A stretch of DNA of 64,000 nucleotides from Somniosus microcephalus (lineage: Eukaryota): assembly GCA_052327205.1 (NCBI GenBank), contig JBMRGM010000040.1:22196001-22260000 (forward strand), given 5' to 3'. A program made the position numbers and the translations under genes. The notes below the pieces were generated by a model, which saw only the letters and a list, made by a program, of their open reading frames with translations, did not search any database and was not told the DNA's origin. Below are positions 25,600 through 37,400 of this stretch, piece after piece. How positions within the stretch are numbered: position 1 is the first letter of the stretch; every line of letters begins with the position of its first letter.

Positions 25600-26245
25600 G
25601 TAACTCCCAGTCTAGCAGTAGGAATATTGAATACTCAACATATTTGCAAGCGTTATGACGGTAGAGAAGTGCAGTCAAACGCAAATATATTTAGATATGC
25701 TAGGGGAGTGAGCCACACAGTGCCGAATGCCATTTAATTTCGGTAAGTATACTGCGCTGCATGTGGGCAGGGCCATCACAGAATGCACGTATCACTTTTA
25801 AGGAACAATGCTGAAAGAGGTCGACAGAGAAAGGGATCTTCATTTATTTTGCATGCATCATTCAATTTTCATGACCAATGTAGAGAAAGCACAACTAAAG
25901 CTAACAAGTTATTGTATTGTATTAATAGAGCGATTTAGCACAAATCGAAGAACACCATTATAAAGGTCGCTGGTGAGACCACATCGAGAGTACTGTGCCC
26001 AGTATTGGTCTCCCCACATAGTAGTGATATAATGGCCATCGAAATGGGCCAGAGGAGAGCTTCAAAAATGATCGCTAGTTTAAAGAACCTCAGAGGCTGA
26101 GGGACCTTGGTCTATTGACATTAGAGCAAGGTAAACTTACACGTGACCTGATAGAGGCCTATTAAATAATCTAATGTTTGGATAAAGTACTTTTTGAGAG
26201 AGTATTCAAGTTTATCAGATTGTGAAGAACCAGGAAAAAGGCGAC
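25600..26245 (+). mobile_element. Old degenerate CR1 3' fragment
   Basis: CTGGTGAGACCACATCGAGAGTACTGTGCCCAGTATTGGTC matches the [14 protein letters not shown] region of CR1 ORF2. Confidence 0.7.
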
Positions 26246-26799
26246 TAAACTGAAATTTAACTTATTTTTCCATATCTAAAAAACGACATGTGAGTGACAG
26301 TTAACAGTCAATCAGCTGCAAGTGGATCCCTGACTAGATGTTAATTACTGTGGCTGGTATTTCACTGACAAATTGTAACTGGTGGTTTTCTAAGAGGCAT
26401 ATATTAGAGGGATATCTGCAAAAGCAGAACTTGGGCAAAGCTTGTTAAGGACAGAGCTGGATGAATCTCCTTGACGCAGTGATCTGCAAACAAGGGACCA
26501 TTTTATAATAGAAATTTGGTGAGAGTATGAATTTGGTGCAGCGAGAGAAGGAGGTGCAAATTAATTAAAACCATGGGACTATAGCAAATATATAGATACA
26601 TAATCAGTGTAATTAATTAGATCTATGGAGATAAAATCTAAATGAACTAAGTAGAGAAGATCAACAATAAAGGTATCCAAATTGCATTAAATAAAAATGT
26701 GGTGCACATATTGTATAAAAAAACAAATAGGAGGTCAGGGGATAGGAATCTATATATATCGCACAGACTTTTATGTAAAGTAATCGTTAGCTGAGAGCT

Positions 26800-29700
26800 T
26801 TAACATGCAATACTTGTGCCATGTGGGATCTCCAGGATGTTTGCTGTGTCCTGGATAACCACGTGTGCAAGAAGTGCCTCCAGCTGCTCGAACCCAAGCT
26901 CTGGCTGGAGTTGCCGTAGGGCATACGGGAAGCTGAGTATTACCTGATCACACGCTTCAGGAGGTGGTCACCGCACAGCCAGAGACAGTTCAGGAGGACA
27001 GTAGGTGGGTGAACATCTGGCAGGATCGGAAGTGGCAGGCATTGCAGTAATTCTCCAGGAGTGTGTCACTGTTAACCCTGTTTTCTGTTTTAACTCCCAG
27101 TGAGGGTGAGTGCAGTCCAGGGCACATCCACTGTAACATGGAATAAATGACTGTACAGAGAGCTAAAGCAAAGTACAGAAATGCAATTGTCATAGGGGAT
27201 TAGACAGACAGTGGGTTAAAAAGGTGTTTCAGCATCCGGCAATATGAGTATCGCAAGGTGTGTTGCCTCGCTGGTGCCAGTGTGAAGACATAATGTTACA
27301 AATGCAGAACATTTTGCGGGGGGAGAGGAACAGCCAGATGTCACGGTCCATGTTCGAACCAATGCCAGAGGTAGGAAAGCTGTTCAGGTCCATGGGAGAG
27401 AGCTTCTGGAGCTAGAAAGAATGTTAAAGAGCAGTACGTCAAAGGCAGTAATCTCTAAATTACTGTCAGTGCCACGTGCTTGTGAGTATAGGAGCAGTAA
27501 AATAAGGCAGATTACGACTTAGCTGAAGAAATTGTACAGGAGGGAGGGCTTCAGATTCCTGGGGCGTTGAGAGCGGTTTTGGGTTCAGGGGGACTTGTGC
27601 AAGATGGATAGGCTGCACCACATGAGGGTTTGGACAAATGCCCTGGCAGGAAGGTTACCTAGTGCTGGTGGAGGAGTATTTGAACTATTTTGGCAGTGGG
27701 AGGGGCACCAGTGTGAAACAATAGAGAGGATATGCAAGCTTCGGAGGACTAGGAAAGATGAAGAGTATTCAAGCAGAGATTAGCTCAGAAATATGATGGA
27801 TCAGAGGGGGAAAATGTGACGCAGACTGAGATGGGTTTCTAGCGCATGTTCACAAAGGAATGGATCGTGATGAATAATGTTGGTGAGCTGCAGACACAAA
27901 TATTCACACGGGATTATGATATAGTGGCAGTAATGGAGACGTTGCTCAAACAATTGTAGGATTGGGGACGTAATATTCCTGGATCACAGTATTCAGGAAA
28001 TATAGGGAAGGAAAAAGGACGGGGTGCCAGTCTTGATCAAATATACTGTTACAGCCCTTGAAAGTGATATTGTGCTTGAGGCTTCAAAGACAGAAACTTT
28101 TAGGTTAGAATTAAGGAATAATAGAAGAGCTATCACGTTTTTGGTAGTATACTATCGCCGAAAAAATAGTGGGAAGGGACTAGAGGAGAAATTTGCAGGC
28201 ACATTGCAAAGAGATGCAAGGGCTATAGACCAGTGCCAAAAAGGGATTTAAATGAGCTAATATAGACTGAGAAAATAACACTGTAAAGGTCTAAGAAATG
28301 GAGGGATTAAGGAAATGTGTACGAAAGAAACTTCTTTATCAATATATTTCCTGCCAATTGAGAGAGGAAGCAGAGCTGTATCTAGTCCTTGAGAATGAAG
28401 TGCGGCATGTGAAGCATGTTTCAGCGTGAGATCATTTGGGAAAGTGATAAACATTATCATTAGGATTCGTGTAATTATGGAAAAGGAGAAGGTAAAGTCT
28501 AATGTGAACATACACAAATGGAGGAGGGTTCTAAAAGAATTTGGCCCAAACGGATTGGAATAAAAAATAACAGATAAAGCAGTCGATGAGCAATGAGAGG
28601 CCTTTAAAGAGGTGATAGTACAGGTATAGACTAGACACATTTCCATGAGGGGGAAATGAAGGATAACCATAAATACAGCTCATTGGATGACTAAAGATAC
28701 AGACATAACAAGGAAACAGAAAAAGGAAGCTAATGATTCAAGTCTGTTTCATATATCAGTGCAAAACTAAATGTAATACAGGAAGCACAGAGGGAACAAG
28801 ATAAAATAAATAAAAGGCAAAGAGACCAGATTGGTTCCTGAAAGGGAACACAAAAGTATTTTATAAACATATAACTAACTAAAACAAAGAGTCAAAGTCT
28901 GAGCTGGCCCAATTAGGGATCGTTTTGTGGAAACAGAGGGCACGGCTGAGGTACTAAGTGTGTCTTTTGCATCTGTGCTCAGTAAAGACAGGATACTGCC
29001 AATGTAACTGGAAAGGAGGAGATAGTAAATAAACTGGATAGGATAAAAATGAAAGAGGAGGTACTTAAAAGTTGGGCTGTAAAATGTAGAAACGTCACCC
29101 AGACCGGATGGGAAGCATCTTTGGTTGCCAAGGGAAGTGAGGAGAAAATTGCGGAAATACTGGACACAATCTTCCAATTCTCCTTACATATGGGAGCGGT
29201 GCCAAATGACTGGGAGATTGCAAATGCTACACGACTCTTCAAAAAATGGAGAGGGCTAAACTCGACGACTACAAAAGATTCATTCGACGCCGCTGTTCGG
29301 GCAACATTTATGGACAAAAAACCATACCAAAATTAATTTTCATTTGGAAAAAAGGCACTAATAAATTAAACCCAGCACGGATTTGTTGATGGAAATTCGT
29401 GTTCTAATAACTTTCTTGAGTTTCTTGATGAAGTATCAGAGAGGGTGGATGAGGGTGGTAGGGTTGATGTTTTCTATGTGGAGTTCCATGAATTGTTTGA
29501 TAAAAATTTAAACTTGATAGCAAAATTGAAGCTCATTGGATTAAAGCAGCAGCGACTTCATGGATACGAAATTGGCTAAAGGACAGCAAGCATACGGCAC
29601 TGGTGAATGGCTGTTTTTGAGACGAAAGGGAAGTGTGCAGCCGTTCCACAGGGTTCGGTCTTGAAACATAATTTCAAGGTTTGCGAATTAAATGATACTC

Positions 29701-30180
29701 GAAATTGTTTGAACATTGTGGAGGATAGTAATCGGTTCAAGAGGATATAGACAGACTTGAAAAATGGGCATACAAGTGGCAAATGAAATCTAATGCAAAG
29801 ACGTGTGAAGTGATTTATGTTGGTAGAAATAATGATCCAATATAAACTAAATGTTACATTTTAATGGGCCTGAGAGAAGTTGCAGAGTAAAGTTAAAGCG
29901 GATGATGGACTTCAGTTATGTGGAGAGATTGGAGAAACGAAGATTGTTCTCCTTAGAACACAGCTGGTCAAAGGGATATTTAACAGAAATGTTAAAAGTT
30001 AAAAGGGGAGTTTTGTTAGAGTAAAACAGGGAAAAGTGTTTCCACTGGCAGAGGGTATGTACCCAAATGAGAATAATTACTTTACACAGCGAGTTGTTCT
30101 GATCTGAAATGCACTGCGTGAAAGGGTGGTGGAAGCAGATTCTTGAACGTTCTAAAGGGTATTGGTAAATAATCGATACC
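26800..30180 (+). mobile_element. Near full-length, decayed CR1 LINE (ORF1 zinc-finger/esterase, ORF2 EN-RT remnants)
   Basis: ORF1 remnants: CNTCAMW, CKKCLQL, IVIGD, VCCLAGA, VHVRTN. ORF2 remnants: YDIVAVMET, VYYR, VPNDWEIANA, QHGFV, VPQGSV. Confidence 0.8.
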
Positions 30181-31352
30181 TCTCTCTCTATAGCCCTCTC
30201 TCTCCCTTTGTCCCTGTCTCTCTGAAAGGAATTTCGATTACTCTCTCACTCACTTCCTTACTAACTTGCCCCCCTTCTACACTAGGGCTGGGATTTCCTG
30301 GATGCCACGCCAATGCCGGAGTCGCACACTCACAGTGGGCGGTCTGCGGGAAAATTGCGGCAACATTGCCCAGACTTTCATCCCATTGACAGTAATGGAC
30401 GAAAACCCGCGGGAAATGCAAGGGCAATGTTCATAACTTTCAGATACTTCACCGGATGCGGGCGAGACCTGGTACATTATCTTGCATCTGGATTTCGTCA
30501 GTATTACCTTGACATCTCACTTTCAGTTTTCAAGTTCATTGTTGCATTGATAATTTAAGTTTGAACAAATAGCCTTTAAGACCTTTAACCAATGCCCGTT
30601 GATATTTAAACCAAGGTCTCCTTCAGCAAAGGTATCCTTTATTTTGTTTTGCCGTTTCCTCAATCGATATATAGTTACACAAAATCTGATACATATTTTA
30701 TTAATTCATATGTATTTAATTTCTACACTTAGTCTCTTGATTTGTTCTGCTCTTCCCGCTGCCCATCTCATCAGCCCCTCTGATCCATTGGTTACTCTTC
30801 ATTCAGCCTGATCCCAGTTCCAACGATTCCCCCGTCCTGTCCTTTTCCTCGAAGTTCCGATTCCCACTCTCCAGGGGATCATTTCCACTTTCTTAGCGGG
30901 GCGATAAAGTGGCTTTAGCGGATCAGGTGTGAACCCGCACAGGTTCACTTCCCAGCAAGGCACTGGGGACTGATAATGACCGCGGACCCTGGGTAATGTT
31001 ACCCCAAACCCAGGAATACCGATTGCAACCGTCAGCGTCCCACTGCAGCCCAGACTGAGCCCCACTCTGGGCCCTTCCTGTCTGTACATTTCCCCAGTGC
31101 CCCATTGGGGAACATTCAGCCTCGGATGTCCTGCAGAAGCAGCAATGTGGGGCTGGGCGGCTGAGTCTCGTGTCCCTGTGGCTGGGGCTCTGACTTAAAA
31201 ATGGGAGATGATGCCCGCTCAGCTCGAGCTGGAAACCCTTAAAGGGGCCGATAGGATTTAAACCTGGAGTGCGGCCGCTTAAAGAGGAGGGGCAGAATAT
31301 CGGGCAGAAATGGTCATATAATGAGTCCAGTGATGGTCATCAATTGAAATGT

Positions 31353-31440
31353 TCACACATCCACACTCAGTCCACGTCTTGTTCCCTGCAGCAACTCCAG
31401 CTGTTTCTTTCCATTGGAACTGAAATGATTATCTCTCAGC
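31353..31440 (-). CDS. NLR terminal exon
   Basis: Acceptor TCTCAG; reads (W)[28 protein letters not shown] then TGA. Confidence 0.85.
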
Positions 31441-34400
31441 CTGAGACATATTAAAGATTAAACAGGGATTAACCAGTTTCCACAACAGTGTAAATAGCAG
31501 GGTGACTGGTGTTATTATTTAATAATAAATACAGGGAAATATTACCCGTAAAGGTGATGGAATCCCATTTATATTTTACCTACCATCTGAAACATGAACA
31601 CAAACACTCACCAGATCTTCTCCAGGCTCCCGCAGTTCAGTATGAGGTGGCGGAGAGTGGCGACAGATCGGTCTGTGAAGGAGTTTGATCCCAGGCACAG
31701 AATCGCCAGTGACTGAATTGTACTGAGAGCAGAAACGAGATCTTCGGTACAAGAATCTGTAAACCCATTATTATCCAGACTGGGATCAGAGAGAGAGATA
31801 TAAAAAGAATCAAAGTAAACCTCCAGAGTTTATTAATAACACAATGACTGATAGTAATAATAATGTACAGTGTCAGAAATCCAGTTATCATAAACACAAT
31901 CTCACATAGTCTGCTACTTACTCCAGTTCCTGTATTTTACAGTCCGGGTTCATCAGAGCCCCAGACAGTAGTTTCACTCCTGAATCGCCCAGTTTATTAG
32001 AACGTAAGGACAGAACCGTCAGTGAGCAGGTTGTATTGATAATGGAGGCGAGGTCCGCGGCACAAGAAGCTGTGAGACCGACATCATCCAGCCTGGGCGT
32101 CAAAGAGAGTAATACATCGAATTAGTGTTGATGTAAAAAGACTACTGAGCACTTGGTTTGGGTATAAATCAAGACTTTAATCAACTGTTTCACAACCGTG
32201 AGATTCTAGTTCCATCACTAGTTCCTGGTTACAAAAACGTCCTGAGCAAGCTGGGCCCACGCCCGATACTTATACTCCTTGGACGGCGCCACCATCTGGC
32301 CGCACAGTGTTATTTCATGAGTCATTTCTCCATGAATGATAAGATTCATGGCAAGTGTACTTCCCCATTGTTTCCTAATAACACTATTATGGATATTCAT
32401 AATAATGTACATTGTCACGCATCCAATTATTATAAACATAATCTCACACAGTCTGTTATTTACCGCAGTGTCTGTATTTTACAGTCCGGGTTCCTGAGAG
32501 CCATAGACACAAGTTTCACTCCTGAATCTCCCAGTTTATTATAACCCAAGTACAGCTTCGTCAGTGAGCGGTTTGTAGAGAGAGCGGACGCGAGATCCTC
32601 GGCACAAGAATGTATGAGACTGTTATTATCCAACCTGAGGATCAGGAGAGAAAGAGATGAGAGAGGGGAGATCCCAAGGGCAGATCCCAAGTTAAAATTC
32701 ATAAAACTATTACATATACTACTAAAAATGTACAGTTTATTAATAACACTATTACAGATACTAATAATAATGTACAGTGTCAGACACCCAGTTATAACAA
32801 ATCTCACACAGCCTGGTACTTACCACAGTTCCTGTATTTTACAGTTCGGGTTACTCAGAGCCGTAGACAATAGTTTCACTCCTGAATCTCCCACTGTGTT
32901 GAAACTCAGTCTAAACACAAACCGACAGAGAGTGAGAGAAATAAACTGAATCAAGCCCCGGTTCATTTATAAGTTTTTTTCTCTTTTGGATATTACAGGA
33001 AACAGAAAGTAAACTTCAGGAAGTTTAAAACCAGATTTTTCTGTCACTGGCAATGAATAACACTCTGTCCAACTCCCCATATAATCAGGGACGGTCAGTA
33101 AATGCATTTTTTAAATAAAGTGCTGTCTGAGTGAAGCCCTTAAATGTCCCTCAGCCAGGTTTCATTTCCTGATGATTAACCTCCTTGAGCTCGGTGACCG
33201 GCCCCGTCAAGTTGGAGAAACTAGTCTCATTTCTGCTGGTCTTTAACTGACGGATTTAATGGGATTGGGGCGATTTTCGCGGAAATAAATTATACAGGGT
33301 GAATTTTTGAGGAGGTAACAAGGAGGGTAGATGAGGGTAGTGCGTTTGATGTAGAATATATGGATTTTGGCAAGGTTTTTGTTAAGGATCCACATGGCAG
33401 ACTGGTCACGAAGTTGAAGGCCCATGGGATATAGCACAAATGTCAATTTGGATTCAAAACTGGCTCGGAGACAGAAAGCAGAGGGTAATGGTTGATGAGT
33501 GTTTTTGTGATTGGAAGGCTGTTTCCAGTGGGGTTCCGCAGGGCTCAGTACGGGCTCTCTGGCTTTTTGTGGTATATATCAACGATCTTCACTTGAATAT
33601 AATGGGTATGATTAAGAAGTTTGCAGATGATACTAAAATCGGCTGTGTGGTTGATACTGAAGATGGAAGCTGTAGACTGCAGGAAGATATAAATACATTG
33701 GTCAGGTGGGCAGAACAGTGTCACATGGAATTCAATCCGGAGAAGTGTGAGTTAATGCATTTAGGGAGGGCTAACAAGGACAGGGAATACACATTAAATG
33801 GTAGGACACTGAGTATTGTAGAGGAACAAAGGGTCCTTGGATTGCATGTCCACAGTTCCCTGAAGTTAGCCGGCCAAGTAGATAAGGTGGTTCAGGAGAC
33901 ATATGGAATGCGTGTCTTTATTAGTAGTGGCATAGAATACAAGAGCAGGGGGCTATGCTTCAACTGTATATGACACTAGTTAGGCCTCAGCTAGAGTAAT
34001 GCGTGCAGTTCTGGTCACCACATTACAGGAAAGATGTGATTGCACTAGAGGGTACAGAGGAGATTTACAAGGGTGTTGCCGGGAATGGAGCATCTTAGCT
34101 ATGAGGAAAGACTGGATAGGCTGCGTCTGTATTACTTGGAACAGAGGAGGCTGACTGGAGACCTTATTGTGGTGTACAAAATTATGATAGCATAGATAAA
34201 GTGGATTGAAATGACCTATTTCCCTTAGCAGGTCAAAATCCAAGGGGCCCAGATTTTAAGTAATTTTTGGAAGGTTTACAGGGGATGTGAGGGGAAATTT
34301 CTTCACCCAGAGAGCTGTGGGGGTCTGGAACTCACTGCCTGAAAAGCTGGACTAGGCAGGAACCCTAACCACATTTATAACCTACTTGGTTGTGCACTTT

Positions 34401-37400
34401 GCATGCTCTAACCTGCAGGGTAACGGAGCAAGAGCTGGGAATTGGGATTAGGCTGGATAGCTATTTTTTGGCCGGCGTGGACACGATGGGCTGAAATGGC
34501 CTCCTTCTGTGCTGTAACTTTCTATGACTCTATGATTCTATTACATGAATCCCTTTACTTTATACTCTGTGCATTATATTAATCTGTATAATATCTCGGG
34601 GTGAGTTATATTGTCAAACATTGCTAACTGCTGCTGTAATGTCCCCCAGGATTTTATGTAACAAGGAGAGTTTTTTCTGTCCCGTTACAAGTTTTAAATG
34701 TCGTTGTGCTCCTAGTTTATAGGGGAGGGGAGTCTCTCACTTTATTTCCCATTAAACTGGCTCTGCATTTATTTCAGGTGTCACTGGCCCGACAGTTTCT
34801 GGGGAATTTTTGTAAGTTCCCTTCCGATGCGGGACCTCACACATAGGGCGCGGATTATGGGGAATTCCCGGGTTCACTGTCCCCGGTTTCCCCAGGAGCC
34901 ACCCGCTGTCTGCGAGGCCCCAAAGCTGGCCGGTGTGTGTCTTTACTCCGGGACTCATACCCCACAACCTGTTAGATTGGAACCTTTTTAACAGAATTTA
35001 GCTCCCGAACGTCACTGAAGCTTTGGCCTGGATTCGAAGCGTGCGGCCAGAATCCACGACCCTCTGACTCAAAGGTGCGAGTGCTGCCAGCTGGGTGAAG
35101 AGATGGTGAATAACTTGGCGAGTGTTAAGGGCGGTTTCATTGATGAGTTAAGATAACATACTGACGTCCTTCGGGGAACGCTCCGCTCGCCCACTGGCGG
35201 GTCACTGCCCGAAAGCTGTGCTTTGCTCTTTCTTACTCAATGTTTGGTGTTTCTGCTCCCCTTTCCTACACACGTTGACATTCCGGTGACTGTCACTGAC
35301 CCCTACAATTTGGGATGAGCGTGTGATGCTCTGACTAAAGGACTGCTGCAATTAGCAGCCTCTACAATGGAGGTATCTTAGGTAGTGAAAAATAGCAATA
35401 AATCTGATTTACTGTAAGTAAATTATCAGACTCTCAGTGACCTGTATTTGCTGATCCGATAAAGGTTGTAAAATCCCTATTTGTTCACAAGGATGCATTT
35501 TACATTCTCCAGTCCTTAGGGAATTATTGACCGATCCTCTTATATAATTGATCATATTTGTGTTGTATCTACTTCTCTCTGGTTTTACTGAACTGTTTGT
35601 TTCCGTTCATTATGGAGCAACAAAACAATCCCTAACTGTTCTACAATTCGCCCAACAGTTAGAGGCAAATAAACAGTTACCTCAACTCCCGGCATTTGTG
35701 CAGTACGGGTCCCAGCCGTTGGAGTCCTTCACACTGAAGGTAACAATATCCGAGATCGAGCTTTTTAATTGTATCACAGAGCCCAATGACATGAGACAGG
35801 ACTGCACAGTCAATCGGGGTGAGTCGCAATCCGCTAAATCTAATTGTCTTCACAGATCCCACTGTGGTCTGAGCCAGTGCTGTATTCTGAGATTCAAACA
35901 GATAGTGGAATGTGTTCAGGAGGGTCCTTTTACCAGTTTCACTCGATGTGTTTGCAATCTGGTCTTCGATATTTTCCTTCACCCAGTCAATCACTCGGCA
36001 GGTGGTTTGATGAAGAAATGAACCCAGAAACTCCTCCAAGGGTCGAGCTGCCTGTGTGGAGGAGAGACCAGCAACAAAACGGAGAAATATCTCAAATCGC
36101 CCATCTTCCTTGCTGTGGGCTTCTCTAAGGAGTTTCAGGATGTCCCCGGGATCTGGAGTCAGGAATTGTGCGAGTGCGGCTACAAACTCTTGGATGGTGA
36201 GGTGTGGGAATGTGAACACCACGCTCTGGGCAGAATCATCTCTCTCCAAAAGTTCCATCATGAACCCAGACAGGAACTGGGAAGGTTGTAGATTGTACTT
36301 GATCAAATCTCCATTTCTAAACACAATCTTCTTCTCTGAGACTCCTGAGAATGCCATCTCACCAATCTTCAGTAACACATCTCGGGGGCTTTCAATCTCT
36401 CGGCCATGGTTTTTCAGAATATTGTGAATATAGTAGGAATATAGTTGGGTGATGGTCTTGGGAACTCGCTGCTGCTTCCTGTCTCGTTGTTTAAAGAATG
36501 GTCCCAGTGACATACCGAGGATCCAGCAGTAGGAAGGGTTGTAACTCATGGTGTACAGGATCTCGTTTTCCTCCACATGCTTGAAAACAGCTGCTGACAC
36601 CGTCTGATCTTCAAAGAACTTGTTGAAGTATTCCTTCCTTTCTTCACCAACAAATCCCAGGATTTCAGCCCAGACACTGATGTGAGCCTTTTCTAATAAA
36701 TGTAATGCAGTGGGGCGGCTGGTCAGTAAAACTGAACATCCTGGGAGCAGCTTGTGCTGTATTAAACTGTACACAATGTCAGAAACTTCACACCAGTCTT
36801 CAGGATCTGTGCACCTGTGCTGCGGTTCTGTATTTCTCCGATTGTCAGAAAAATCGATGCTCTCCTTGAATTCATCCAAACCATCGAATATAAACAGCAA
36901 TCCCTCTGGGTTCTTCCAGAGCACTCGCAGATTATTCCCAAAGTAAGGATACAGATCCAGTATCAGATTCCTCAGGTTTATTCTACAGGTAATAGCGTTT
37001 AAGTCCCGGAATTTAAAGCTGAAAACAAATTGGAAGTGTGGGTATATTTTCCCAGTCGCCCAGTCATAAACAATCTTTTGTACCATTGTTGTTTTTCCAA
37101 TCCCTGGGACTCCGCTCACTGCTGCTGAACTCCCAGAATTGGATCGCCAGAAGATAGCCTTCATTTTCTTGATGAATCTGCCTATCCAGGAAAAACTGCT
37201 GTGGAACAATTGATCAGTTCGGATTTTCTCCAGCTCTCTCCGGAGATGTTTCTTTCTCCACTCTTCATGGTCTCGGCCTCTTGCCAGCAGTTCATGTTCT
37301 ACAAGTATCCGATCTCGAACAGTAGAAATGACCGTTAGCTCAGCGTATCGATCAACCAGCTGGAAATTCATAACCTTCTCCTTTATTAGGATAGTGTTCA

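Noticed and set aside
30283-31310. GC-rich stretch near the NLR 3' end as a third Harbinger-like element or regulatory island
   Set aside because: It shares only a short CTTAAAGGGG motif. I could not define matching termini or coding remnants.
35677-35681. Stop codon right after the NACHT exon (and each LRR exon), suggesting designed truncated isoforms
   Set aside because: This is an automatic consequence of phase-2 GTAA/GTGA donor sites and is not evidence of an isoform.
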